Below are positions 50,201 through 63,720 of a DNA stretch of 64,000 bases, in pieces. The stretch lies in NCBI RefSeq assembly GCF_009914755.1, contig NC_060925.1, one strand, 5' to 3'. The stretch is from the human T2T-CHM13v2.0 reference genome, Homo sapiens. Position numbers and translations under genes: made by a program. The first letter of the stretch is position 1; the number at the start of each line of letters is the position of its first letter. The notes under the pieces were generated by a model that saw nothing but the letters and a program-made list of their open reading frames with translations, was not told the DNA's origin and searched no databases.

Positions 50201-52625
50201 CAAAAATTAACCTGATGGCCTTTTTGAAGCTGAGCAACTCAGGAAAAGAAGAAGAAAAACATGTAATGTCTTACCATTAATTACCATTACCATAATACCA
50301 TAATTACTGCTTTCCATATGATAGTTCCTTGGCATATCATTTTTGCATACAAAAATTGGTAGGCCAAATTTGTCATGCCAATTTCTATAGATTTTCTGTA
50401 TCTGGTGTCCTATTTGCTGGATGTGAACTTCATTTTCAAATTGGACACATTGTTTTCTTGTAAGGAATATAACTTAATGTTTGCCTTGTTTCGTTCTACT
50501 TCCTACAATCTCAGAAGGGATCAAAACAGTTTAGAAAGTTGAACTTTCTAAATGCTGTTTTAAAGTCATTTTCCATATGTATTGTTTTTTATTTTATTTT
50601 ATTTTTATCATTATCTTTTACCACTGAAAAATGGCATTACTGGATTTTGATATAGCTTAGGTTCACACTATCTATTATTACCTGAAGTATATCAAAGAGG
50701 AAAAAGTTAAATTAGTTCATTGCTTTTCCTCTTTTGTAACTTTGCAAAGACATATATGCATATTGTTCAAAAAGAGAGAGAGAGAAATTGCCTTTAATTT
50801 TATTTGAGTCCTAAACCTAGGATAACTTTATTCATATATCCTTTGTAAAACTCAGGTTCTGTTGTGTTTTGTTTTGCTTTCCTAACATAAAGGCCACTAG
50901 CTTCAGGTTATGCTATTCATTCAGCCTGAAAATAGAATACATACTTTCAGAAGATCCTGTTCTCTGCATTCACAGCTGTTGGAGAGTCTTTGAAAATACC
51001 CTTGCCAGTATACAGAGATGTCAGCCTAAAGAACAGAAAGAGAAGATGGGGGAGGAAAAAAAGGCAGGGGTAAAAAATAAAAAGTTGCCAAAAGAAAAAA
51101 AAATGTATTTTCAATTCAATTTGAGCTTATTTCTATTCATTCAAGTCATTTGGAATTATTTGCAGTCAAGATTAATGATTCTTTACAGGTTGGGGGAGGA
51201 CTTAGCAGCATCACCACTGATTTCTCCTGACAAAATTTATTATGCATTGATGCTAGCAGGACACCAGCAGGAGAGAGTTTGTTAAAACACCTTCAGAATA
51301 GAGCACTTTAACCTAGAACGTTGCTCAAACGAGCTGTCCCAATACACGGTTTTGGAATGTTTTAACACAAGCATTCATAGCAGCATTTTAAGATGGAGCC
51401 AGCCGGGTACTCCTAGGGCAAATTATTTGCTTGTGGATTTTCCAGTGGGGAAATTTAAATCACAATTCAGTATCCCTCAACTTTCCAACTAGTCCCATGT
51501 ACACTCAGGGAGAGCAAATGAACTTTTGAAGTATAAAAGTACAATTGTGGCTCTCTTTTTTTTCGCCTAATTTCTCACTTTGTTCTTTTCCTTTTCTTTA
51601 AAATATTAAGATAAGATTAGAAAATAATTTGCTTTGTCAGGAAAGGAAAACCTCTAGAAAACAGTTCTCAGTGCAACGAGCATGCAAGCTAAGGCCCGTT
51701 TCATCAAGGGCAGAGTTTCAGAGTCACAGATGGTTAGTCTGGGTTCTCGTCGTGAGCTTCATGAAACTCAGCTCATGCCCCGGTGCAATGCCATCAAACC
51801 ATGGCCTGCACAGTGCCGAACTGACAGTTCATCATGAGCGCACTCCCAGGTCTTTAGTAGCCTCATTTACCATGACATCGCTCCTCTGCTCTTACTGTCA
51901 GAAAGAGGTGAGCTCATTTCTCCTCAGCTTTCCTTCTGAGCCCTCACAGATAATATTTTACCAGGCAGGACAGATTTTACACTTTGGGAAAACTTTGGCA
52001 ATTAAATCTCACAAAGAAATCCAATAGTTTTCTATTTAGGAAATGAAATTATTTCCTCTATGGCCCATGGTTTAATATTGACTTCTTACGAATATTTATA
52101 TTCACAGCAACTTGGCTGCACTGCTGGGGAAAAAGGCAGCTCTATGTGAAATAATAGCTGTAATTATTCGATAGCTTCTTTTTTTTGACAGCAGTACATC
52201 CTTCAGCTTTCACTTTTATACCAAACTGGAAATTAGGAGGTAGCCTAGCTGTGAAAACTGATGCTGGAAACTGTCCATCCATCATGAGGAATGATCCTTT
52301 CTCTGAGGGGAATTTGCTGCTGGATTGCCAAGTGCATAATATTCCCCTGGAGCAAGGCTGCATAAAACAACACTGCTGTGACACATTCTGAGATATTTAA
52401 CTCTAGAGGGTCTGGCAGCCCCGTGTACTGGGCTGCTAATGGTGTTCAGTAGTTGTCATCGGGTCTTAGAGCCCAGAAGGTCAGAAGAATTTCTCTAATC
52501 CTAGGGTAAGAGACCAATTAAAATCCATCCCAGCCAGGACAGTCTCCACAAAATCCATTATCCCTGGCCTATTTTTAGGCCCTTAAAGGATGGATGCTGG
52601 GTGAAACAAGACAGAGAAGGCTTTA

Positions 52626-53625
52626 ATTTATTCAATACATGTGTAAAAAGCGTGAATTCTATACCAGCCACTGCTCTGGATATTGAGTATACTGTGTTAA
52701 GAAGACATACATAGACCCTGCTCTCAAGGAGCTCATACACTGGTGGGAGGCACATGGAAAACAGGGAAAGAAATAAACAGTGGGCAAAGACCACTGTAGA
52801 CTGAATAGTCATTGAAGGTCTTTCTGAGAAGGGAGTACTTCAGCTGAGATCCAAGTATTAAGGAGACCCCACCATGGAAAGTTCTGGAGGAAGAGTGTTC
52901 CAGGCGGAGGAGACAATTCCTGCAAAAGCTGAAAGGCAGGAAGGAGCTGGGCCAGTTCAGAAAATGGAAGGAAGCAAGTATGGCTGGAGGGTGCTGATGA
53001 GGGAGAGGTGGTCTGAGATGCGAAGAGGAAGATAAACACCAGATCACCCATCCTTGAAGGCCAACACTAGAGATATGGATTCTCTTTTTTTCTTTTTTTT
53101 TTCTTTTTTTTTTCTTTTGAGACGGAGTCTTGCTCTGTCTCCAGGCTGGAGTGGCACAGTCTCGGCTCACTGCAACCTCTGCCTCCCGGGTTCAAGCGAT
53201 TCCCCTGCCTCAGCCTCCTGAGTAGCTGGAACTACAGGTGTGCACCACCATGCCCAGCTAATTTATTGTATTTTAGTAAAGACAGGGTTTCACCATGTTG
53301 GCCAGGATGTTCTTGATCTCTTGACCTCGTGAACTGCCCACCTCAGCCTCCCAAAGTGCTGGGATTACAGGTGTGAGCCACCGCGCCTGGCCTAGAGACA
53401 TGGATTCTATTCCAAGTTCACTGGGCCTTGAGCAGAGGCGTGCCATGATGTAGGAGTTTAAATTAAAAAATAACTCTGGCTACTGTGTGGACAATGGATT
53501 GCAAGCAGGGGCAAGAAGGAAAGGGCAAGGTTTGTAATTAGCAGGATTACAGTAGACCAGGTAAGGGGTGTTAGTGGCTTGGACCATTAGGAGCAACGCA
53601 GATAATGAAAATAGATGGATTTGGG
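52626..53625 (-). mobile_element. L2 relic interrupted by AluSc
   Basis: ccctgctctcaaggagctcatacactggtggg...gtgttccaggcggaggaga...; continues after the Alu. Confidence 0.8.
53084..53392 (-). mobile_element. Full-length AluSc with 16-bp TSD
   Basis: gatctcttgacctcgtga diagnostic; TSD tagagatatggattct (53068-53083) / tagagacatggattct (53393-53408). Confidence 0.94.
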
Positions 53626-53869
53626 ATCTGTCGTAGTCTCTGCCTGCCTTTGCTGAAAAAGTGTTAAATCTAAATTTTCAGGTGGTCTGAAGCAAGGATG
53701 CACTTTTTCTGTTTTCTATTGCCCTTGCCACATGGATGCCTTGTAATAATGGTTCCTACCAGTTTCTGTTTCGTGGAGAAAGAAACAAGGGCAAAAGTAA
53801 TAGCATTCACAGCATTCCAGCATATAGACCTCGAACAGAACATAATGATCAGGAAAAATAGCAAAGTAA

Positions 53870-54100
53870 TTAAGCTCACAGAATTGGGTGGGTTACAGGC
53901 TCTGCTACCCACTACCTGTGTGACCTTAGAGAGACTATTTACCCTCCTCAAGTCTTGGTTTCTTCACCTGTCAAACTCTTAAAAGGTCTTTCCTTGTAAG
54001 ATTGTTAAAAGGATTAACCAGTGCATGAAAAGCACTTGGAAAAATGCCTGATAGGAGACCAAGTCCTCAATAAATAGATGTTCGCTTTTGTTACTATTAT
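53870..54100 (+). mobile_element. MIR SINE
   Basis: ggctctgctacccactacctgtgtgaccttagaga...tcttcacctgt...tgaaaagcactt. Confidence 0.75.
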
Positions 54101-54259
54101 TATCCTGTTTTAATTTAAACCTCACCTTCCACCACCAAATGTGATACATTTAATGGCGTATCAACATGTGCTTTTCCTTTAATTTCCCAAACAGGAAGCC
54201 AAACTATGTAGAGGCTTTTTGTTGTTGTTTTTAAATATCTCTTCTAAGGAGAAAAGGAA

Positions 54260-54548
54260 CTAACATTTAAGAAGTTCTTACTGTTTGCCAGATGTTTCAT
54301 ATATATCTCATTTAGACCTCTCTATAATCAACAGAGTTACCATTTGTTGGTAAGATTTTTATTTGTTGGTACCTATTCTCATCTTCAAAACTGCCTTACA
54401 GTGAAAACATGCTGTGCCTGTTTTATAGATGCAGAAGCCAAGGCTCAGGGAGGTCACTTGATTTGCCAACGCCCCACAGCTAATGAGTTGAGGATACAAG
54501 ATGGGACTCTAGATCTGTGTGACTCCACAATCCTTGCAATTTCTCCCA
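54260..54548 (-). mobile_element. MIR SINE(s)
   Basis: ttttatagatgcagaagccaaggctcagggaggtcacttgatttgcc. Confidence 0.7.
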
Positions 54549-55385
54549 TACAGTGGGGAAGAGACAAACTATACCAGCCTACCTCCAATGGACTCTTGGC
54601 TGCACTATCAAACAAACCAGGAAAGTAGGTTTCTCCCCTCCCTTTCCTCATGTCAGCTGAGATTTTCATTGTGCCTTGACTAACTTCCAGTTAGGAATGT
54701 TCTGTGCTAGATTCCTAGTCTAGTTAGTATGTATTGATCATGTATTTGGATGTCATTAGGCAAGTACTCATCATCAACATGAATTCGTTATGTGCTTCTT
54801 AGGAAATTAACTGATAAAGGTTGGAAATCACTGAAAATCCTTTCCTTTTTCAAGTGGTCATCCAATCTTTCCCATTATTCTCACTTTATTGCTCTTGGCA
54901 ATATAGTTAAGAATCTATTGACGTTAACATTGTAAACTCAATCTGTATCATGTCGTTTATAACTTGGTCATAAAAATCCATTTATCCTGAGATTTTGGTG
55001 TAATTCTTTACTGGCTGAATTGTCAAAATTTTCATCTTATTAGTTATGTAATGCTAGAAAAAAATAAGACACAATTTCATTCCATAATAACCTTGGTTTT
55101 TTTTTTTCACTTGTTCCCAGAAAAATAAAGCAATAAATTTAAAATAGAAAATGAATAATCTATAATATTAACTAAAGCATTTTTAGCTATTTAAGCATTA
55201 CATCAAAAGAAAATGTAAGAGTTTTTATCAGCAAATTATTGAGAACCAAAATGTACTTGTGGCTTGCAAGATTTTTTTTCAGTTTACTCACCAGTCTATA
55301 TAAGGCAAGAGCCCTGATTATGTCCTTAGGAGTCATTTCCATATGTTTACTAAATTATAGTCCTTATTTCTTCTTCATATCAACA

Positions 55386-55421
55386 GTGACCCTAAAAATC
55401 AGCATGTGTGACCCTAAAAAT
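55386..55421 (+). repeat. Direct repeat gtgaccctaaaaat x2 (period 22)
   Basis: 55386-55399 and 55408-55421. Confidence 0.85.
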
Positions 55422-57600
55422 ACAGAAAAATGCAATGTATTCACTTTTAGATACATTTTCATTTGGTGGATTTGGGGGGTTTGAGGTTATTTTGAAAATA
55501 TATAATTTATTTCCTAGACTATATAAAAAGGAGGCATCTAATAATCATTTACTAAAAATTAAAAGCAATTAGTGGCAGTTAGGATGAAGGCTTCAGTATT
55601 CAAGTCTGATGTAATGACCTTGCCCTTAATTCAATATCCTTTGAGTTGTGTGTTTCTTCCCCTTTAGTTAACATAAATAGGGGCATCAGCTTTACACCCT
55701 TAAAAAAACCTTGTTGCCCATCTTGTGAATCTTTTCTTTCTTCGCAATCTGTGAATAAACTGCTTTGCTTTGTCTTGTTAAAGCCAGGCCAGCCATAGCC
55801 TTGGCCTTTAGACTACAGTATTTAAACTTTATAGGTAGATTTGACAAGCATAAAGATGGATAATCAGTCACATCGTTAGCACAAAAGAATTGCCCGATTA
55901 AGCAGGACAGAGACCAGCCTGAAACAGATCCTGATAGGCTGAAGGGATGTTCAAAAGATTTGCCTAGTTGGGGCCCCGGGTGTAAAAAGCAAGCCCAGCA
56001 TGGAAATGAGTAACTCAGACATATATGAAGGGGCTAGCGCAGCAGTGACAGGTGGCAGGAACCTACGGAACGAAGGGTGAATGGGAGCAAAGACCTTTAG
56101 ATTAACCAAGAGGCTTGCACGGAACAACAAGTGAAAAACAATTAGAACCCTGGAAGATAAAACCAAATGAAGTGATCCAAGTGAGGTCAGACAGCATACC
56201 AAGCAGCAGCACATCCAGTGACAAGAAAAGTGTTTGTCCATGCAGGTCTTAGCTTCAGCCTCAGGCCAAGTTCGAATGGTAATGGGAGTGCAATAGGTGG
56301 AGAATCTGCCTTCCACCCTCCTGCACCTTTTTATGGGAAGTCCGTGAGATTCATTCATCACTCTGATACAAGAAGCTAAATCCAAGATACAGTTTTAGTT
56401 TAATACTTTGAAGGTTTTAAAGTTTAAATGTGATTCCTACCCCTAAACAAGCAGAGCTGAGATGCCCACAGGGAAGGATGGGCCCCACGTCTCTCCATAG
56501 GCTTATGTGGTGTTTCTCTCCAGGTCGGCCCAACCCCACATTCCCCCTCCTTCTCTGTCCTCTTTATCTCCCTCTACTGCCCTTCTCACCACAATACAAG
56601 AAACAGAAGCACAAAGTTTTAAAAACTGCTAACAAAGGGACTTTTTTGAAACCAGTACTTGGAGGCGTTAATGAAAACCCAGGTTATTTCCAATTACAGT
56701 CTCAGGAATTACTGAATCCTTCCATGACCTTAGAAATGCAGAAGCCACGTGAAAAATCATCATTGGAAAAGAAATCATTGAGAATCCCGTTAGGTGCCAG
56801 AAAAAAAATGGATGCTTAGGATTCAAAGATAAAATAGATATCTGAGGCTATAAAGATGAAAAAGGTGTCTACTACCTTTAAGGAATAGTGCTTATAGACG
56901 GACTGCTCTGTCATGCACCATACTGTTCTGTGTGGACAATGAGAGGAGGTGCAAGACAATGGCCTGCCCTCAGAGTGCTTGTATTTTGGTTGAGGAGACA
57001 AGAAATGCACATGGAAAAGGAGTGTTTGTTGTAGATTTTGCAGAGTCATATAAAGCTTACATTTCTATCTATGTCTATATCTTTATCTAGATCATCTGCC
57101 ATAAGGCTTCAAAGGAAGGATAGTATCTGAAGGCTTAAACACTCACAGAAATAAATTTCCATGGTGGGGGTTGTCCATGAGCAAGATCTTAAAGAATGGG
57201 TGGAGAGTTTAGGGAAGGACATATCTGGAGCAGAGACACCTCTACAGGGGCAGGCATGTGGCAGTCCAGGGACCGGGGAGAACATGGACAGTGCTTTGCA
57301 AACAGAAAGACTTCAGCTCTGATCCTGCCTCTGCTGCTCAGTCGCCAGGAGGACTTATGTAAGATCCACAGGTCTCCCATACAATTGAAGTAATAATAAT
57401 AACAATAATACCTATGTACCAGATTATTAGATATATTCAATTAGATAACAGATGTAAATGTTTCTGGCCTTTTAATTATAACGTGTTAATTTTAATTGTG
57501 TGTGTGTGCATATGTGTGTGGGAAGGTGGTATGTAAGTTTAAGACAGTAAGTATATGATCCAGGAGTAGACATTTCATGTTGTGGAGTAAAAGCACATGA

Positions 57601-57723
57601 TGGGGAGATTCTGAACACACTGTTGGGAGGTCCTGACTATAGTATTTGCAGTTAGCAGTGGGGAGATTCTGAACACACTGTTGGGAGGTCCTGACTACAG
57701 TATTTGCAGTTAGCAGTGGGGAG
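57601..57723 (+). repeat. 58-bp tandem duplication (2 copies plus 7 bp), one mismatch
   Basis: Units 57601-57658 and 57659-57716 differ only at 57640 T / 57698 C; tggggag recurs at 57717-57723. Confidence 0.97.
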
Positions 57724-57904
57724 CCATGGAAGATTGTGAGGGAGAGAATGAGTGAGAAGTATTGTGTAAACTCTTTGTGAGGAAGCCCCATCTGGCTGTA
57801 GCATGTCTGTGCAATTTAATTTAGGGGATATAAAATAGACACAGTTGAGAAGCTATTTCAGAAGTAAAGAGGAAGCAATGGATATGGAATATGTCATTTT
57901 TTCT

Positions 57905-58045
57905 ATGAAATTCATTTATTCATTCACTCAAAATACTCATATTCATTGAGTACAGTTTGTTCTCAAGCACTGTTCTAGGCATTGCACACTCAGCAAAGAA
58001 GAAAGCAGTCAAAATTCTTATCTTCATGGAGCTTTTATTCTAGAA
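57905..58045 (-). mobile_element. L2a 3' end
   Basis: ttcatttattcattcactca...gcactgttctaggcattg...ttcatggagcttttattctag. Confidence 0.8.
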
Positions 58046-59049
58046 TAACTCCCTATTCATATAAAAGTACATATCTTCAGAAAATAGAGTAAGAAATGTC
58101 GAGGAAAGTGAAATGTGTTAGGACAAGATATTTTAAAGCACGTCATGTGATTAGTCTTTAACAAGTCCACCCAAGTCTTTTTCATCACTGCTTAATCTAA
58201 CCTGGGTATGTCTTAGTCTGCTTCAAAGAGAAGCTCTAACATCTTTTCCCTGTGTTTTAAATACCATGCATAGCCTCCCAGTTGTATCCAAACCAATTCA
58301 TAAATTTTTTCTCTCTGCTGCTGGATCTGAAAGTCCCTGAAGGCATAGCTTCCACACATTTTTTGCCAGACTCTGATTTTGGTTTAAGTATCTTACCTCT
58401 CTCCTGAGACACAACAGCCTTGCTCTTCTTCGAAAAGCTATAAAATACCCTTCTGCATGCCCGTAATGACTTAATTTCCCCCCTTTTCAGGTCCACTAAG
58501 CAGATCTGTTCTCACTCAAATACCTTTTTCTTAACCAATGAAGAAAGGATTCCTCTGGATATTAGGAAAGAACTCAGTACATCCTCTTTCTGCCTCATGT
58601 TTGAAGTTTGGCTTTAGTAAAAGTTATGTTGCACAGAATTACTTAATGTTACTCATGAGCTTGTCTAAAGTCACTGTCTTTACCTAAACTTTTTTTTTTA
58701 ATAAGAGCTCTTGTTTATTTTTCTCATCATTAAAGAAAAATTAACAAATAGATCTTTTCAAGAGGTAAGCAGCTATTGATTCATCCAAGAAATTGTAGGA
58801 GTGAACGATGATTTTTTTCAAATTGACAAGTATTCATTAAGCTAGAAATTGCTAATGATAAAAGTGAACTAGAAGACACAGGAGTATGCACTATGTGAAA
58901 CTTCATTACCTAATGAAACATAAAAAGCATGAACCTATATTAACAATTACCATTTCTGTGACTCTGACAGTCTATCTTTTATTGTAGGACTTTGAGCAGT
59001 GCCTGGCACTTACAAAGCACTTAATAACAATCATTGAGTTGAATGACCT

Positions 59050-59190
59050 CTCATGTTCACAACAGCCCTGTGAAGTGGCCTCTTTTACAGATGAAGAAAT
59101 AGAGGCTCAGAAATCCAGATTGCAGAGCCATGCGTGGTAATGTCAGTATTGAAATCCAGACTTCTGGACACCACCACAGTAAATGATCAA
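59050..59190 (-). mobile_element. MIR SINE
   Basis: cacaacagccctgtgaagt...ttttacagatgaagaaatagaggctcaga. Confidence 0.75.
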
Positions 59191-60376
59191 GTACTAAACT
59201 TTGTGGTTCAAATTTTGAGTGTCTCAGGAATTTGTAAGTGGGAAAGACAATGTGAGTTACAATAGTCAGCATCAACTTCATTGAAAAGGTATGCTATGAC
59301 TTGTCTATAATCTTAACCTCTTTGTCCTTTCTTAGCCTTGCTGATGTATTTTAAGAAATTTAAATGTTTGGTCTCCAGTGCAGTAGCAAATATACTTTTG
59401 AAAATTAGCAGTCATTTTTACTTGGAATCAGGCATCCCTAAATGGCTCCTGTCATCATTTTGCACATTCTCGTGATTCCATAATGTTGTTTTCCTCACCT
59501 TGAATTTATTGACACCAATTCATTTTGCCTTGACATTGGCATTAACAGGGAAATGGCTTTGTTTCATCCTGACATTATAAAATCACCTCCCAAGACTTGG
59601 TTTGACATTGTCAGGGGGTGGTTATGGTGACAGCAAGGCCACAGCAGACAAGAGTGAATTACAGCGATTCCCTGGAAAAAAAAATCATTAAGAAAAGTTA
59701 CCGCTGTGTGATTTTAGTAGCTATTTTTCATACTTAAATATCCCTGCTGTTTAAAAATCCTAAGAGGGCTTAGACCATATTTAGAACACTCCTACCAAGT
59801 ATGTATAGGAAAAATTAAGTCTCTAAGGAGACGTTTGGCTATAGCTTGACAAACAGGAACCTCAAATTATATTTTAGCTTTACAAAGTGCTCAAAGGCAT
59901 TGAAATTCTGCCTTTTAAAAAAACGCGTATTTGAATTGATGACACAATTATCTCCTTTCGGCTGCAGATACTTGCATTTCTTAATGCTGGGATATCAAAG
60001 GCCTGTAGTATTTTCCTACCTCCTAGCCAGAATGTAGAATGTTTTACAAATTTGTCTTCAGCACTGTATGGGGTTGGAAAGATTGTCTTTCATAATTCCA
60101 ACATCATTTCAAAGAACACCAAATCCTTTTACTTGAGTTCTTCTATGTTCCCATAATGGTTTCTCACCTCGGCTGTACTCCCACAAAGAACAGCTCCATG
60201 TGGATTTTCCTTTACCCTATGTTCCAAAGTTAACTAATCACCTTCTCAATTAAATAAAAAAAGTCACTGAGATCCTTCAGGTCTTCAGGGCCATGTTGTT
60301 TTCACCTTTGTGTTGCTAGCAATGCCCAGATTATAATAAGAGCTAATACATTTTGCTTAATGAAAAATGATAGGAA

Positions 60377-60676
60377 GGCCGGGTGTGGTGGCTCACGCCT
60401 GTAATCCCAGCACTTTGGGAGGCCAAGGTGGGCGGATCATGAGGTCAGGAGTTTGAGACCAGCCTGACCAACATGGTGAAACCCTGTCTCTACTAAAACT
60501 ACAAAAATTAGCTAGGAGTGGTGGCGCGCGCCTATAATCCCAGCTACTCAGGAGGCTGAAGCAGGAGAATCGCTTGAATCCCGGGAGGCGGAGGTTGCAG
60601 TGAGCCATTATCATGCCACTGCACTCCAGCCTGGGTGACAGGATCAAAACTCCATTTCAAAAAAAAAAAAAAAAAA
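60377..60676 (+). mobile_element. Full-length AluS (Sg-like)
   Basis: ggccgggtgtggtggctcacgcctgtaatcc...ggatcatgaggtcaggagttt; A18 tail. Confidence 0.95.
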
Positions 60677-61016
60677 CAACGAAAGGAGCGTTCCTGATCT
60701 TTTATTTCAAAGCAATCATCCTTGCTGCTTCTCCTCTCTTCCATCTTTTCCCCAAGTGTATATTGTTTCATGAAGAATGACTTAATACAAGTCACCATTC
60801 TCTTCCTGTTCATGCTTCCATTATCAAACCATGTGTATGGGAATCTTTGACAATCATGGTATCCAACCTGAGTTGGCAAGTCAAAGCTGCTCAGCAAGTT
60901 TTCCATGTGTTAGTTAGCTCCCTCTCCCATTCCCTGCCAAATAATTTTCCCTTTCAGCTAGCTAGCTACTAATAATAGACAGACATCCACCATTCGGAAA
61001 CAGGCATACAACAAAA

Positions 61017-61313
61017 TTTTATTTATTTTATTTTATCTTATTTTATTGTATTGTATTTTTTGAGTCAGAGTCTCTCTCTGTCTCCCAGGCTGGAGTGCAG
61101 TGGCACAATGTCAACTCAATGCAACCTCCGTCTCCCAGGTTCAAGCAATTCTCCTGCTTCAACCTCCCCACCATGCCCAGCTAATTTTTTGGTATTTTTA
61201 ATAGAGCCTGGGTTCGACCATGTTGGCTGGTCTTGAACTCCTGAGCTCAAGTGACCCTCCTGCCTCGGCCTCTCAAAGTGCTGGGATTACAGGCGTGAGC
61301 CACCACGCCTAGC
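61017..61313 (-). mobile_element. AluJ (Jb-like) with internal deletions
   Basis: ctcctgagctcaagtgaccctcc diagnostic; lacks about 26 nt (gagtagctgggattacaggc...) near 61168; (TTTTA)n tail. Confidence 0.9.
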
Positions 61314-61899
61314 TTATTTGTTTATTATTTATTTAGCATCTATTCCATGCCAGGGACAGTGCTGAATACTAATGACAGCAACAATAAACAGGTAAAAGAT
61401 GTAGTGCAGGTACGTACAAGGGCAGAAATAGTTTTTTTTTTTAATTAGTTTAAATTCAACTTTGATCCCCTCTACTAGAAAGGTGGTGAGATATTCAGCC
61501 AACTGTCACTGTGGCTCAATCTACAAATGTAAAAATGTCCACTCATTTAGCACCAGTCTCTACTAATTACCAACAAGATGGTCATCCCTTGGGTTGCAGA
61601 TCCCTTTAGCTCAGGAAGCTCTGATGGTTCCATTCACATCTGAGGCTGTGGAGTCATTGGCAAGCCAAGGAATCAAGTCTAAGACCCCTTCATGGTTATG
61701 GGATTGTGTAGAAACTCATGCCTTTTCTGAGATAATTGGTAGTCCTACTAGAAATATGTATTAGTAACACAAATACTGAAATTTGATAAAATGTGATTAC
61801 ATAATTCATTTCTTAACTGAATTACCTTTATTATCTAAGTAAAAGACACATATTTCTAAAAAAAACCCAGCAATTTATTTTATTAACATTTTTAATATC

Positions 61900-62190
61900 A
61901 CCAAAGGACTATATTCTAGGCAATTTGGAAAGAGTGAAAAGTATAAAGATGAAAATTAAAATTACTAAATTTTATTGCACTCCTACCAGCTATAAATAAA
62001 CACTGTTCACATTTTGGTACAATTGATTGTAGTATTTTTGCTAAGGTTTATATTACACAGGTATGTGTAGAGTTACATGTCTGTACTTATGGAGATTATG
62101 CTGGATAAACATTTTGTATCTGCCTTTCATCCTGGCACAATGCCATGTACTTTGAAACGATGATTTTTACCCTGATATGTGTTGCCATTT
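61900..62190 (-). mobile_element. Old L1 (L1ME-like) 3' fragment
   Basis: aatttggaaagagtgaaaagtataaagatgaaaattaaaatta...cactgttcacattttgg. Confidence 0.55.
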
Positions 62191-63529
62191 TGTGTGAATA
62201 TGCCTCCCCATGAATTCCATCTTTCACCTTCAGCTAAGAGTAGAGGTTGCAACTCTTATTAAACTAGACAAGTGCATTTTCTGATACCTGATGAGAAAGT
62301 CTGTGACTTCTCAGCACCATTTTTATGAGAACCTTGTCTGTGTCTGTGTCTGAAGGTGTTGACCTAAATAGGATTTCAATACATCATTAATGATCACTTT
62401 GGGAGAGGTGCCCAGCCTTCAGCTTGTAGGATTCTCAGTGAATTAATTCTTTCTCGATATCAGCAAAGGCTTTTTTTCAGGTTGCAAAGGCCAAAAATTT
62501 TAGGGATGTTTGGGCAGGGCCTCCTGCTCCTGCATCAGAGTCACCTGTCACCTCTTTCATGCTAGCCAGGATACTGTGAACTGCAGAATGGTCTCCTTCT
62601 AAATGAGTGAGGCTCTTTAATGGTGTTTTAAGCAGTTTTTTCTATGGTTTGGCAAAAGAAAGTGTCACTCTCATAACAGGTGCTTTAATATTAGATGAGT
62701 AAGAATAGAATGGCTACTCCCTAGGGTCAGAACTTGCAGTCCTTGATTACCTACATGTGTCCAACCACCCAGCCAACAGCTTCCACATTGTTCCCTATAG
62801 CAACTTCAGCTCTGACCCTTGGGTTCATTATGCTGAAACCAAGTAGGTCGGATGCTGTCACACAGAGTCTCGCCACCGAAGTACCACTGTCTTCAGATGC
62901 ATACAGACAAACTTGAGTGTAAATTAAAAGCAGGAAAGCAAGGGCATTTTCACATGAGTCTACCAGGTTTCAGTCTGTTGTTTGCATCCGTACCTCCCCT
63001 GGCCCCCTACACCATCAACATTGCAAAAGACAAAAGGTGGGCTATGGAGCAGTAGATGCAGGTTGAGGGTCTCCAGCTCAGCCCCTCCCTGCTACTCTGG
63101 AAACACAGCTTATTTATGTGCTCTGATTGATACAGGAGAGTGCACATTGAACGAGAATATAGAAGTCGTCTTTGAGAAAATGGGCACTGCCACCCTAAGG
63201 TGACCTTGCAAGGCTTTGTAGAATATGCAGTAGTTGAATACAAATATTTGAGAATTGCATGTTTTGACCCCATGCTTGCTCAAGATTCATACTAGCAGAA
63301 GACATGCACAGATGCTGTCTTTGAGGAAGGACATTTGCTTCCTTTTATACTTCAAGTAGCTTGGATTGGATAAGTAGTGTTTAATTCATTATTCTGGCAG
63401 AGATAGGAATTAGCACCTCATTCTTCCATCCTGAGCTTCTAGCACTGGGTGGATTGAGGAAGAAATTGAACTTTAACAAAGTATACTTAGGTTGTGTTTT
63501 ATATTTTTTTAGAGCACCTCCACATAATT

Positions 63530-63720
63530 CATCTTGAGGCTACCAACAACTATTAGGTGGGTAAATAGGACAAGTGTTATTATCCTGCTTGTGAAGTGAA
63601 GAAAGGCACAAAGAGGTTAAGTGATTTCCCCAAGTTCACTCAGCCCATTAACTACAGGGATGAGACTTGAATCACAGAATCTGAGCCTAATTCTCTTTAT
63701 ACTACCTCATGCTTTTAGTG
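63530..63720 (-). mobile_element. MIR SINE
   Basis: aggcacaaagaggttaagtgatttccccaagttcactcagc...gacttgaatc. Confidence 0.75.

Noticed and set aside
55951-56819. 144-aa and 129-aa ORFs
   Set aside because: Non-ATG starts, no domain similarity, no splice context; ORFs of this length arise by chance.
57601-57723. CRISPR-like repeat array
   Set aside because: Two adjacent copies with no spacers, in primate DNA with no cas genes; a simple tandem duplication.
60393-61236. ORFs 60393-60647, 60544-60906 and 61051-61236
   Set aside because: Alu-derived pseudo-peptides.
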